Source: Octopus vulgaris
Taxonomy: Eukaryota
Length of the DNA stretch: 64,000 nucleotides
Direction of reading: 5' to 3'
Assembly: GCA_951406725.2 (NCBI GenBank)
Contig: OX597814.1
Span: 221,402,001 to 221,466,000, forward strand
Position numbers and translations under genes: made by a program. Each line of letters starts with the position of its first letter. The first letter of the stretch is position 1. The notes under the pieces are model-generated. The model saw only the letters and a list, made by a program, of their open reading frames with translations, did no database searches and had not been told where the DNA came from. Of this stretch, positions 26,938 through 43,195 are shown in pieces.

Positions 26938-27614
26938 ACTTTTTTCTATTCCTGAGCGTTATACTAATACATCTATTTGTTTTGTACACCACCTGTCTTC
27001 GTATTTAGCGTTTTCGTAAACTCTCCCCCCTCTTTCTCTCTCTCTCTCTTTCTGTATATATATATATATGTGAGTGTGTGTATGCATATATACTAAGGGA
27101 TTCCACATAGTTTCCATATAAATATACATATGTATGTGTGTCTATATATATTCATGCATATATGTATGTATGCATGCGTTCATGCATGTATGTATGCATG
27201 TATGTATGTATTTTAAAACGAACTGTTTGCTGATTCGTTCTGGTATCTGCCAAATGAAAACGAATTCAGATACGGACGGTGAACAGCGTAAATCAAAACG
27301 GCGACGTACATATCTATTCTTAATATGTATCAGTGAATTCGAAGAGGAATACGATGATGACTGTTTTGCTCGTCACAAGAAAACAACTTTTCTTTCATGA
27401 GGAAAGTGTGAGGACTATGGGAGACTTTGCCCTCGATTTTGTTGTGCCTTTGGCTGAAGAGAAACAACGATGTCGAAATACCAGATCTGGCAACGTCGCT
27501 TGATCCAGTGAATCGAATGTGATATGATTACAAATTGCTCAACTATATATATATATATGTGTGTGTGTGTGTACGTGTGTGTGCATGTGTGTGTGTTTAC
27601 ATGTGTATGCATGT

Positions 27615-27683
<69 letters not shown>

Positions 27684-28097
27684 TATATGCATACATACAT
27701 ATACATACGTATATAGAGACATATGTGTGTTTGAAGAGTTCCTACAAGTGTCTGTATCGTTGTGTATATACGAATCTATGTGTGTATCTATACATATATA
27801 CACACATACATGTATCTATGAATATTAATAATTTGAATAAGACCAATGTGTGATTTATTGATTAATCTATAATCAGAATAATGCCCATGTGTGTCATAAA
27901 CATACAGTCAATTATTTATTCTGTAAAAGTGTATGTCACGGTTAAGTTACACGACTTTTGACAGCTTGGTATGAGAGAAGTGATTAGTTTCGTATTTCAT
28001 TAAAGGTACAACGAGGATTTCTTAGGCCTGTCTTCCAAACGATTGAAATTAAGTAGCATGCAAGAAGTACTTGTATAATTACTACCACGCCACTTAC

Positions 28098-28139
28098 ATT
28101 CGGCAAACTTAAGCGATCCTTATGAGTTTTTAATGAATA
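28098..28139 (-). CDS. Candidate 42-nt internal exon (YSLKTHKDRLSLPN), phase 0-0
   Basis: Acceptor ATTAATTTCAG, donor GTAAGT. Only the phase-0 frame is open, and it continues the frame of the 37487-37722 exon candidate. Confidence 0.5.
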
Positions 28140-28604
28140 CTGAAATTAATTGATCTTGTATTCAATTTGCTCACAGCTATTATATTTAAATATGCCGTCT
28201 ACTTTTATGGCGTCAATATTTCTTCATCAAACATATCTATATGTTTCATTTTACACTTTCAGTGGTATGTATTTTGTTTGGGTGTGGTAGTATACCAATA
28301 GCAAATACTAAAATCGTATGATGATTATTAGAGTAATAACTCCCCTTGGATACATCGAAATGTATTGTAACACACTGTTTCGCATTAGGAGTCTAGCAAG
28401 ACAATTACAAAAGCGAAATATTGTTATGTTTACATGCGTTCATGAACATATCACATTTGTCAGTTTCTTTCCACGCTCCTTCCAACTAATTGCTACACAT
28501 CATCCCTAATACATCACGGCCCCATTATTCAAACTTCCTTCTAAATTTAAATACAGACCATTTGTTACTGAAGTAAAATAAGGCTAAACAATTCGATGGA
28601 GCTA

Positions 28605-30088
<1,484 letters not shown>

Positions 30089-30150
30089 GCTATATATACA
30101 TATATCCCTATATACATCACGGCCCCATATATATCATATATATTCCTATC

Positions 30151-30186
<36 letters not shown>

Positions 30187-30224
30187 ATGTGATATGTATA
30201 TATATATATATATATATGTATATG

Positions 30225-31389
<1,165 letters not shown>

Positions 31390-32603
31390 TCATACGTGCG
31401 TACATACGTTTATATAAGTATATATACATATACGCATACAGATACACGCAGACCAAACGGACCACATAGTTGTCATGAGTCATAGGAATGGGGTTTACTT
31501 AGGATAATTACATATTTAGAAGTTCGACCAGGAAAGAATGGCGACAAATACGGAAATGGAATCCCAATGTCCTGTTTGAGTCCCCTATTTCTAACATAGA
31601 TGACAGAAATGTTATTGGAGTCGAAGAGTGTATTGCATTAGCCGAGTAAATTTACACGGAGAGTATTGCATTAGTAGAGTAAAGTCACTCAAGGAAAGAA
31701 GTACTTCAACAGACTGCTGACCTCAACTGAATGTATTCGATAAAACTATATTCCACAATGCTTTTGCATGTCGGCCCGAGTCCCAACCATTATGCTACTA
31801 TACTGGGTAGTTCAAGATGTCTGCAATGTGGACTTTAACAACTGTAATAAGGATACTAGACCGCACAGTTGAAGATATCTACAATTAGACATCTAGGATA
31901 GACAAAAATTAACCATTGCAATTATGATATTAAACAGGATTGTTGACGATATCTGCAATTTGGATATCAATAATTGGAAGCTGTTAGCAACTGCAATTAG
32001 GATACAGAGTGGACAGTTGCAGATATCTGAAATTGGACATTAGCTGTAGAAAGGTGTTAACAAATACAGGTAACTTTCACAACAACACCGACTGACATTA
32101 ACGGTATCTATGTTAAAAGATGGGAAGGAAGGTGACACATAATATTAGTTTAACAGCCATTAAGAGTTCTATTTCATCACCTAAACAACACCTAGTGAAC
32201 AGTATTGAGAGAAAGTCTTTAGTTAACTTCAAATGTTACTGATAAACATTTGCATCTGGGTACAATGGAGTAGGATGGAAAATAAAGTGTCTTGCTCCAG
32301 GTTGGTCGGTACAATGTCCAGGGTGAGAATCGATCCCAACATCTAATTACCATGAAATCAACACTCTATTGAATAAAATATGTGACTTCAAATATACGTG
32401 TATAAATATATAAAACCTCAGTCGTGGGGCCAAACAGATACGCAACACTCGGAATTGGAGTATCGAAGTCGTAAAATCGTAGCTATGAATTTATGATATA
32501 TCTACACACCCGCTCACAAATACATACGTAATACATACATACATACATAATACATAACACATATGCATACACAAATATATACATATTTGAAAGCACAGAC
32601 ACT

Positions 32604-32684
<81 letters not shown>

Positions 32685-32790
32685 GTATATATATGTATAT
32701 ATATATCTATGTATATATATGCATGTATATGTGTTTTGTATGGCTATGTTTCTGTATGTCCTCAAAGCAACTTGTATTTTCAAGAAGTAC

Positions 32791-32849
<59 letters not shown>

Positions 32850-32931
32850 TTATATATATATATATGTAATTACTTATACATGTCTATATAAACACATGCA
32901 TATACATATATATACGTGTGTATACATCTAC

Positions 32932-32984
<53 letters not shown>

Positions 32985-33676
32985 ATATATTTACATACAC
33001 ATATATGTATTTACACACATGTATATGTATGTATGTACGTATGTATGTATAGATGCATGTTTGCATGTATGTATGTATGTATGTATGTATGCATTCGTGG
33101 ATGCATGTATGTGTACATACGTGTAAGCTATATTTCTGCATCAAAGAATCCCATAAATAATTCATGTCACTTGTTGGTGTAGATGAGAGGATTATCATTC
33201 TTGCGACCGATTAAGTTTCAGGTTGGAATTGTAGGTTCATTCAAACTCGCTCAGCAATCTGCAATCTTAGCACCGACTCTTTTCGCAAAATTTCTAGTGG
33301 GATTATGGACTAAGGGATGCATGTATATATGCATCATAAAAGAATGTTCAGTGTGGCGAATATTTTGCTAGTGATTGTTCAGTAGTTCACACCTATCGTG
33401 AATTTGTCCACAGGCTTTGAACGAGTTGGTATAAGCAAGAAGCAACTAACTGATAGATAAAAAGAAAAACGCTATTAAAAGTACAGAAATGACAGCAACA
33501 ACAACAGCAATAATAGCAACAACAACAGCAACAATAGCAACAACAACAGCAAGAGCGAAGAGAACAACAACAGAAGTCACTGCTTCCAGTGAAGACTACG
33601 CACAACGGGAAGAAGCTAAACCTGAAGAAACAGTCGAATGCTTTGTGATGCACAAGTATTTCTTTGCTTGATTTCA

Positions 33677-33708
<32 letters not shown>

Positions 33709-34415
33709 AGTTAGTTTGGTGTTTAGTACAGTTGTTAATCACATAGATACATCCCCCACCTACCCAGGCATGCATACTTATATACACACATATATGTGCG
33801 TGAACGTGTGTATGTGTATGCGTCTTTGTGAGAATATTGAGATATATAGATGTGTGTATATGTGTCAGATTTCAATATCCCTATATATGCATATATATGA
33901 GTGTATGTAATATGAACACGCACACAGACATACATACACACACACACACACCTATACACATATACATCAATCCATCCATGTATCCATCCATCCATACATA
34001 CATACATACATACATACATATTTATACCTACATCTATATCAATATTATATAGATATCAAAACTCTGAGCGTATATTGCAGTATATATCAAACTATTGGCG
34101 TTTTAGAAGTGATTCTTTCCATACCTATGATGTATTATAGAATATCTCCATAGAAGTTTTGTTAGCGCTGCATTTTCCGACGAATGTCAAGGTAATGCAC
34201 GTATGTATGTATGTATGTATGTATGTATGTATGTATGTATGTATGTATGTATGTATGTATGTATGTATATATATATATATATATATATGTATTATATATA
34301 TATATATAATATAGATAGATATAGATGTATGTGTGTGTGTATATACATATATATTGATAGATACAGATATAAATGATGCATTCTTTATTTTCTCTCCTTG
34401 TTTCTTTCTGTCTTC

Positions 34416-34451
34416 CTTTCTGTGGGAGAGCGTAGGGTCGAAGCGTTAAAG
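34416..34451 (+). ncRNA. Second copy of the hammerhead-like motif (mutated)
   Basis: CTTT-CTGTGGG-A-GAGC-GTAG-GGTC-GAAGC-GTT-AAAG, within repeat 34385-34545 homologous to about 26860-27025. Confidence 0.5.
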
Positions 34452-34625
34452 ACTTTTTTCACTTCCCGGGCGTTATACTAATACATCTGTTTGTTGTCTA
34501 CACCACCTGTCTTCGTCTTTTGTTTTTTCTTTTGTGAATTCTTCCTATATATTTACATACATACATACATACATAAATACATACATACATATATATATAT
34601 ATATAAATAAATATATATATATATA

Positions 34626-37338
34626 TAAATCCTTAAATCCTTAAAAATGTTTTAGCCCGAAGGCCGCGGCCATGCTGGGGCACCACCGCTGAATGAGCTA
34701 CACTAGTTTGTGAATCCACCTCTGATACGTGGCACTTGATCAACAAGGGAGTTCGATGCTGCTGCCCGCATCCGTGTCTCCTGTCGTGAGGTAGGTTCAT
34801 CTGTGACTCCCAACAAGAAGAGATCCAGTTTAGTTTTAAAGAAACCCACATCCACACCATGTAAGTCTCTCAGGCATTTAGGGAGGATGTTAAAGAGCTG
34901 TGGTCCTCTGAAACCCAAGCTGTTGCAGTATCTGGACCTGTATTTTGATGGTGATGTTGGAATCCTTGGCACCACGCAGCGGCGCCCCGTTCTGCGGTTG
35001 GAGTATCTTTGAATGCCAAAGTTTGGGACAAGACCCTCCAGGATTTTCCAGATGTATATCACTGCATATCTTTCCCGCCTCCGCTCCAGGGAGAAGAGGT
35101 TTAATACCTTCAGTCTTTCCCAGTAGCTGACATTTTGCATTGAGACGATTTTCTTTGTGTAACTTCTCTTAGTTGCTTCGAGTTCTGCAGTTTGTTTTAT
35201 ATTGTCTGGTGACCAAAGTTGGGAGCAGTAGTCCAAGCAGCTAAGGACGAATGTTTTCCATAGGACCATCAGTGTCTCCTTCTCTCTTGTTCTGAAAGTT
35301 CGGAGAATCCATCCAGCTAGCCGTCTGCATTTTATCACCAGATTAGCAATATGCATTTGGAAAGATGCATCATTGCTCATGTCAATGCCCAGGTCACGCA
35401 CTGATTTTGACTCAGGGATTGCAATTCTTCCTGGGCCAGTGTATCCAGTCTTCACGTCATTTACCTTTGTGTGCCAGTAGCGCAGGACCTGGAACTTACC
35501 TGCATTAAACTGCATGTTGTTGTCCTCAGCCCACCTGTATATTGTGTCCAGCTCATGTTGCAGATGCGCAATATTTTCAGGGTTTTGTATTGCGTGGGTG
35601 ACTTTTGTGTCATCTGCATAGCTAGCAAGGGTGGTCATCGTAGCAACTGAAGGCATGTCTGAAAGGGCCACTATGAACATCAGTGGCCCCAAGACAGTGC
35701 CCTGTGGGACACCGCTTGTTATTTGCGTTTCCTTGGAGGTGGCTCCATTGCTCACAACTGCCTGTTTTCTGTCTTTTAGGAAGTTGTGCAGCCACTCTCC
35801 AAGATTCCCGCCTATGCCGAGACCACGCAGTTTGTGACAGATCATACCATGGTCGACTTTATCAAAGGCTTTTGCAAAGTCGAGATATATTACATCCACA
35901 TTTGAGCCATTTAGTAGCTGTTTCAACACCCAGTCATAGTGTTGCAGGAGCTGTGTTAGACAGCCTCTACCTGGTCGAAATCCATGCTGGGTGTCAGACA
36001 GTAAGTCATTTTCTTCAAGGAACATGATTAGTTTCTTACGGACTATTCGTTCCATGACTTTGCTGATGTGTGAGGTCAGAGAGATAGGCCTATAATTTTT
36101 AGCATCTGCTCTGCTACCTCCCTTATGGATAGGGCATATTACCCCTTCTTTCAGTTTGACTGGGAGCTTACCACTTGCAAGAAAGCTCTGAAAAAGAAGC
36201 TGTAGCGGTTTTGCAAGGGCTCGTTTGCACGATTTGAGAAGGATCGCTGGGAATCCATCAGGTCCAGCAGCTGAGTTTGTGTCAATCTCATCAATGGCTA
36301 GTGTGATATCATCATCTTCGATGTTGATGTACTCAATTTTTGTCTCTTTGGCCGCTGGTAAAGTGGCAAAGAATTCTTCTGGGTTGTTTACTTGCCTGTG
36401 TCCTAGAGGTGTAGTGAACACACTTTGGAACTGTTCGTTCAGTATTTCACTTATCCTCGTGGGATTTCCTGTGAGAGAGCCATCTTTTTGGAAGAGAGGT
36501 CCTATTCTCTGGTGCACTGTGGCTGTCTCTTTGGCAAACTTAAAGAAAGCTTTAGGGTTTGATTTTATATTTTATATTACCCAAGCTTCTTTATCTGCTC
36601 TCTCCTTTTCATGGGACTGATGTAGACTTTTCTCAGTTTCCATTAGCATTCTTTCGAGCCGAGACTTCTCACCACTTTTGGTGTGCTTGCTCAGGCGGTT
36701 TGCAATCCTTGTCCGTCGTCTCATAAGAATCCTCCTTTCTCTAGGGATCCTGTTTTTGTTCTTGTGTGTGCTGGCCCTGCACATTGGGACATATTTGTCA
36801 CATATGGCTTGTATTATGGACATGAAGTGTTTGTGTTTCATGTTTATGTCCGGTGTGGAGAGACATTCAGGCCAATCCTATTTGAGGATCTCTTTCTCAA
36901 TCGACTTCCAGTTGGCTTTATGAAAGTTTAAGTTGGAGAGATGGTGGGTGCTTCGTATAGGCTGTGTGTCTGCGGGGGCTTTTGTTCCATACATAGACAG
37001 CTCTATTATGTTGTGATCCGAGATCATTGTCGGCATCACATTAACATTATGGATAATATCCATATTGTTTGTGAAGTAGAGATCCAGTATATAATCTGCC
37101 CTTGTTGGTGGCAGAACTATTTGCTCCATGAAAGAGGCATTTGTGAGATGGAGCAGGGACTCCACCTGTGCTTGCTGATGGTGTGTCATCCCTGGGAGCA
37201 TCTTCCCCCAGGCCATTCCACATTGGGGAGGTTAAAGTCACCCATGAAGAATACACTGTTGTGCTGTTCAAGGTTGGTGAGGACTTCTCCTATTTTTGTT
37301 AGGCAGTCTTCAAACATGCCTGAGTGTTTTGGGGCGTC
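34626..37338 (-). mobile_element. APE-RT LINE (CR1/L2/Proto2-related; exact clade not determined), truncated within the endonuclease
   Basis: APE remnants YRPP, MGDFNLP, PTR..ILDL, SDHN; RT ORF; (TTTAAGGA)2 tail; (TA)n on both sides. Confidence 0.93.
34703..36517 (-). CDS. LINE reverse transcriptase (604 aa uninterrupted)
   Basis: AAGPDG, NYRPISLTS, QHGFR, YLDFAKAFDKV, SGVPQGTVLGP, YADDTK, VRDLG, LDYCSQLW, SLERRRERY. Confidence 0.95.
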   Translation of the reverse strand: MHQRIGPLFQKDGSLTGNPTRISEILNEQFQSVFTTPLGHRQVNNPEEFFATLPAAKETKIEYINIEDDDITLAIDEIDTNSAAGPDGFPAILLKSCKRALAKPLQLLFQSFLASGKLPVKLKEGVICPIHKGGSRADAKNYRPISLTSHISKVMERIVRKKLIMFLEENDLLSDTQHGFRPGRGCLTQLLQHYDWVLKQLLNGSNVDVIYLDFAKAFDKVDHGMICHKLRGLGIGGNLGEWLHNFLKDRKQAVVSNGATSKETQITSGVPQGTVLGPLMFIVALSDMPSVATMTTLASYADDTKVTHAIQNPENIAHLQHELDTIYRWAEDNNMQFNAGKFQVLRYWHTKVNDVKTGYTGPGRIAIPESKSVRDLGIDMSNDASFQMHIANLVIKCRRLAGWILRTFRTREKETLMVLWKTFVLSCLDYCSQLWSPDNIKQTAELEATKRSYTKKIVSMQNVSYWERLKVLNLFSLERRRERYAVIYIWKILEGLVPNFGIQRYSNRRTGRRCVVPRIPTSPSKYRSRYCNSLGFRGPQLFNILPKCLRDLHGVDVGFFKTKLDLFLLGVTDEPTSRQETRMRAAASNSLVDQVPRIRGGFTN

Positions 37339-37352
37339 TGGTGGGCGATATG

Positions 37353-37416
<64 letters not shown>

Positions 37417-37486
37417 GTATATATGTATGTATGCATGTATGTATGTATGTATGTATGTATGTATGTATGTATGTATGTATACTCAC

Positions 37487-37722
37487 CCACAATGGGTTCG
37501 CCAACAGAAAGAAGGAACCAGACTGCTCTACATGCATATTTCAAATATGACTTGGGTTTTGTTAGCGGTTGCAGTCCTTTTACAAATCTAACATTTTTAT
37601 AGTTACTAATAATATTGCTTAAACGAAACTGGACATGTCAGTTTGTGTATATAAGACTATCATGTACGGCAATAGGAATATTAGATTAGCTGTCAAAAAT
37701 ATTTTTAATGCGTTTTTCTAAC
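37487..37722 (-). CDS. Candidate host-gene exon: 5' UTR plus start ([20 protein letters not shown] at 37537)
   Basis: Very strong acceptor TTCCTTCTTCCTTTATTTTTCTCTCCATTCAG|G and donor TGG|GTGAGT; apparently non-repetitive. Confidence 0.55.
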
Positions 37723-37942
37723 CTGAATGGAGAGAAAAATAAAGGAAGAAGGAAAGTCTCTCCCGGTGGACTATTTTATGGTTTGTTAACCTTTCCTCAG
37801 AGGCTTACCCGACTTCCTTTTCCAATCAACGGCATAGGATTGCTGCTATATAAAACAGATAAAAATTAGAGTGGTGCTCTTGTGGTTAGACTAATTCGAA
37901 TATTCGTACTCCTATAATTCTTAAGTCTTGAAACAACGTCTA

Positions 37943-38340
37943 TCTTTATATATAAAAGAGAGGTTGTGTGCTGTCTGTCTCCTACGATTTAGATTCCTAA
38001 CTACTCCCACATTTTGCGGTGCAGTTTAACCAAAACCGGGTATCTTATAGTCGTGATTCATATCGAGCCCTTCTGGGTATTAGCGCGCGTCTACGATGAG
38101 TCTACGGTTTTAAAAAAAAAATTACCATCAATTTTTCCCATATTTAATGCATTTTTGGCATATATAAGGGAAGTAACTCTCTAAAAATTTATTATTACAT
38201 CTCAGAACGTAAAAAGCTACAGTAACACCCCCTCCTTTGTGGTTAGCCATATTGAGATGGCTATTATACTTTACATCTCTAAAAATGCTTATATAGTTAT
38301 TTCCCTTACAAACCCGAGCAACGCTGGGCGATACTGCTAG
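37943..38340 (+). mobile_element. Non-autonomous Helitron
   Basis: 5' A|TC..TATATATAAAA, subterminal hairpin CCCGAGCAACGCTGGG, 3' CTAG|T; no TSD. Confidence 0.85.
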
Positions 38341-39229
38341 TTTAATGTATAAGGAAATGCCAATAGGAACAACTATGGGGCTGAAATGAAAATATATATG
38401 TGTTACTTTTATACAGAAAAAAAGCGATTGAAATTCCTTACGCAGCGTTTCAGGGTTCATGGTCTGCTTCCAAAAGAAGACGTTATCGTTTTTTAAGCCC
38501 CAATGAATAGCATAATAGTGTGTAATAGTTATATGAATATACAGGGATTGGACAAAATAATGGACAAAATATATATATATATATATATATAGTGTGTGTG
38601 TGTATACAGACACACAAACACACACATGCACGCACATAGGCATACACACGCGCGCACATGCAAACACACAGTCACGTATGTATGTGTATGAATATATTGT
38701 GCATTCTTCGTTTCTGAATAGGTTCAGCAAAATAATGTACTCTAAGTTTTGAAAGTTATTTCATATAAGCTATCTTTTTGCAACAAAACATAACTTTCGC
38801 ATTAGAAAATGGTTTGTAGTTTAGCTTAGATAAAGCCGATTCCATTTATTCCGGTAATCTTCAGATCAGTCTTCAAAGTCGAAGAAATGTAACTTATTTT
38901 CTGGTGGAGAAAGTAGGTGCTAATCCACTATTATAAAACATAATTTTCCTTCTGTTGATCACTAGGTGTTTGTTTCATTTGAAAACAACCTCAAAATAAA
39001 AGAAACAGCATTTAGTAAGCATATTCTCTTATATGGTATGTTACTGAAGAATCTACTGTTATTGTTAGTGTATGTGTTGTTGTTGGAATTCAGATGCCGA
39101 AGTCTGTTTGGCATCTGCTGTAGGTGGTTTGTTGATAAGCCCAATTTATAGATTTATCGCAGTGTTGATATGTGCATTGTGGTCGTGAAATGAGCACATC
39201 TGTTGTACAATTTCGTGTTCAAAATTTCA

Positions 39230-39620
39230 GATCCTTGCCAAGAAATGACGCGCACAATGTCACGTCATTTGCATACAGAGCTGGAGTCACCTCATGCAGA
39301 CCAACTTAGAATAGTCGAAAGAAAATGTACATTGGTATGTGAGAGGGTGATTGAAAGATATATTTCAAAGTTATTAGACATCATTCAGGCGTACTAGCAA
39401 TGCACATATCACGAAACTAGCAATCCACATTGAAACCAAGAGACAAGAACATCGCTCACAGCATGAAATGGCAAAACAAAGCAACAAGTGATTGAATCGG
39501 ATAAATCCAGTATGTATACATAGACTATTAGAATATTAGAGTCACGATAATTATTTCAGTTCTAAGTTCATATTTCACTAAATGTACCCATCAACACAAG
39601 TTTACGTTTTCGAAAGGGAC
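39230..39620 (+). mobile_element. Penelope-like element, GIY-YIG remnant
   Basis: Frameshifted AYRAGVT..KKMYIGM*EG..TSFR..TKLAIHI..MKWQ..KCTHQHKF. Confidence 0.7.
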
Positions 39621-40137
39621 GATACTACTTACACCGGAATGAATAGCCAATATCCTCGAAAATAACTCTCCATTTCCCGAATGTTCTTGCTTCTTAAATC
39701 TATGCAATAACTTGCAAAAATGCATATGTATAATGTGCTGGTGTACACTTTGATTTAACCAAAGAATTACAATTTTCTTCATATCAACAAGGAAACAGCA
39801 CTGGATTCAATAGACTAAGACAACTCAGCTACTCTTAACAACACATGAGCCAACAATGTAGATGGAAACTAACGTGAATTCTCAACAATGATTTGTGAAT
39901 CTGTATTCTAATTAATAAATTGGCTTTAAGAGAAAATGTTCCGACGAACAAAGAGATGGCAACACAATTTCTATCAAGCAAAGTTGTTTTTTTTTTCTGT
40001 CGGAAACTCCTTATACGACTGAGAGCCACTTCGAAGACAAAGCCCGGAATTGCTACAATAAGATGCCGGTATTTTGATCTCAGTTAACACACATAACTTC
40101 TCCTCAAATTAGATTTAAGTAGTTTGCAGCAAATAAC

Positions 40138-40182
<45 letters not shown>

Positions 40183-40651
40183 CAAATTATCTGCTTCATT
40201 ATATACTGCATCAAAAATAATTCGAAACTAAAACTTATTTTAATTAATATAAGCGAGTAACAAATGTTTTCTATAAAGATGCAAATCACGGAAAAGCAAG
40301 ACAAAGTGATGTTTTTATTCAATTTTCCTTTGATAATAAAAATCACATAACAGTATACATGCTACAGAGAACCTCGATCGATTTCAAGGGACCGCCTGAC
40401 CTGTTTTTCTTAGCTTTATAGAATTGCCCGATTATTTGTGTGGGCCTGACTGAACTGTATGCTTTCAAACAAGACCTATTGCAAAATGTATTCTCTCTGC
40501 CTTAGCGGCTTGATTTTGGATAAATCGATTTCTAAATACATTTTGGTTTTAGATTATACTTTATTGATATGCACATATATAAATACTTACATCATACATG
40601 GAAATGTATATATATATATATACCTACATATATGCATATATGTGTGCGTGC

Positions 40652-40743
<92 letters not shown>

Positions 40744-40849
40744 ATATTTTATGCATCAATTTTGTATTTGGTTTGTAAGATTCTCGATGTGTGTTCGTGT
40801 TGAAACAAATTTGTTGCTTCAAAATAAATATTATGCAAATGTGTATTAG

Positions 40850-40880
<31 letters not shown>

Positions 40881-41464
40881 GCGTGTATATACATTCATTG
40901 ATAGACAAATATCATGCATAGATTGTAATATTTTGCAATACACGCGTACTTAACCTGTGTGGTGTTATGTTAGATATCGATTAATACAGAATTAAAACAA
41001 AATGTAGAATAAATAAGCATATATTTTATATCCTAAGAAATTGTAACAGTTGCTTGCAATTTTATCCGCATATCCGATTCACTCAAATTGCACAGTCAGA
41101 CAGGCTGTTAAATGGGTTTTGCCAGTTGTGTGATTTCGTAGAGTATCCACTTAATTTGTCTACAATGGACCACAGTAACTTACACTTTTGTGCTCCTTTA
41201 AGTCACAATACTGAAACCAGTTACTTTATCATGTCAAGAGAATTTCCCTCTTCAATGCCCCTGAACATTTATCAAAGCAGTCTAAATTATTTAAAGTCAA
41301 CAACGCGATACTTTAATATAGAGTCATATACCAGACTATATCTTACTGCATAGCAATTATTAAATATGCTCTCTCTGCTTCGCTAATAATTCACTACCAC
41401 CTTATAAATGCATTAAGCTCAGTTGTTTTACTATGTGATTAATTAGAACTTACTACACTTATCC

Positions 41465-41607
41465 GACCAAATCGACCCCAGGACTTATTATTTGTAGGCC
41501 TAGTACTTATTATATCGGTCATTTTTGCCGAACCGCTAAGTTATGTAGACGTAAACACACCAACGTCGGTTGTCAAGCGATGGTGAAGGAATAAACACAG
41601 ACATACA

Positions 41608-41652
<45 letters not shown>

Positions 41653-41806
41653 GTACTATACGACTACACGGCCTTCTTTCAGTTTCGTCTACCAAATCCA
41701 CTCACAAGGCTTTGGTCGGCTAGAAGCTACAGCAGAAGACATATGCCCAAGGTGCCACGCAGTGGGACTGAACGGGAACCATGTGGTTGGTAAGCAAGCT
41801 ACTTAC
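41465..41806 (-). mobile_element. SINE family A (partial)
   Basis: Similarity to 7512-7931. Confidence 0.85.
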
Positions 41807-42667
41807 GACGTTCTTTTTATTTTTTACATTTTAGTTGTTGTGTTTTCGTTTTCCGTTTACCGTTGTTTACTTTCTGCGTTTTTTTATATACTAACCTCTG
41901 TTTTGTTGCGTTCCTTCTTTTATTCAATCTATTTAGTGCAGTTTGCGCCTGACGAATGAGCTATTAGAAGCGATTAAAAACCATTATTGTACATTTTAAT
42001 ATATATATATCATATATATATATATATATATATGCATGTATGTATGGATGTGTATGTATGTATCCATGTGAGTAACATGGCTAAGTAATATACAGTGTCG
42101 ATAGACCAGTTATTGCAAAATGTACCGAGATAACATCTACAGTCTTGATGTTTTATAAACCCAACAAATATGAGAGAGAAAACTTTGTGATTATACATTA
42201 TGTATGATACATAGATTGCTATTTTGATTAATACCACCTTATTTACGCATAGAAATTTTTTTAAATAAAACTGTCGGCTATTCGTAAAATCTGTGAATGG
42301 TTTATTCAACTTTTTATTCATTTTATTGAGATACGACGAATTTCTGTCGGAGCATGTGCCTGGCTGCTAAGGCTCGCCATTGAAATGGTCCAATAAGGCC
42401 GAAATGCATCTGGCCACAAGTCGGTCGAATTTTCGAATCTCTGTCTTTGTTTCTGCTTGTAAATCGGCTAGTCTACAAGAGTCGTTTCTTAATGCGATCG
42501 GCTTGAAAAGTTGTTAAGATATTAAGATATTTTTCTTTACATGAAACCGATGGTAGCTTTAATACTCAAAGAAATTTTATCTACCAATTTGGTCGGTCTT
42601 GAGCTCTCATTTTCAGTGTTCGACACCTACACACACATATATATATATGTTTATATCCATATATTTC

Positions 42668-43063
42668 TTTACTCTTTACTCTTTTACTTGTTTCAGTCAT
42701 TTGACTGCGGCCATGCTGGAGCACCGCCTCTAGTCGAGCAAATCGACCCCGGGACTTATCCTTTGTAAGCCCAGTACTTATTCCATCGAACTCTTTTGCC
42801 GAACCGCTAAGTGACGGGGACGTAAACACACCAGCATCGGTTGTCAAACAATGCTAGGGGGACAAACACACACATACACATATATATATATACATATATA
42901 CGACAGGCTTCTTTCAGTTTCTGTCTACCAAATCCACTCACAAGGCATTGGTCGGCCCGGGGCTATAGCAGAAGACACTTGCCCAAGATACCACGCAGTG
43001 GGACTGAACCCGGAACCATGTGGTTGGTTAGCAAGCTACTTACCACACAGCCACTCCTGCGCC
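42668..43063 (-). mobile_element. SINE family A, full length
   Basis: Nearly identical to 7512-7931. Confidence 0.92.
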
Positions 43064-43195
43064 TATATACATATATATCTACATATATATGTATGTATAT
43101 GTGCGTGTGTTTATGTGTGTGTTGGTATATATTAGGTGCATACAAACAAACACTTTCATGTATGTACGAATGGAGGAATAGATGCATACATATTT

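Noticed and set aside
31810-32050. CRISPR-like repeat-spacer appearance
   Set aside because: Eukaryotic context, degenerate repeats, spacers similar to each other, and no cas genes.
41945-41980. CTGACGA..GAAGC hammerhead-like core
   Set aside because: Stems could not be formed convincingly.
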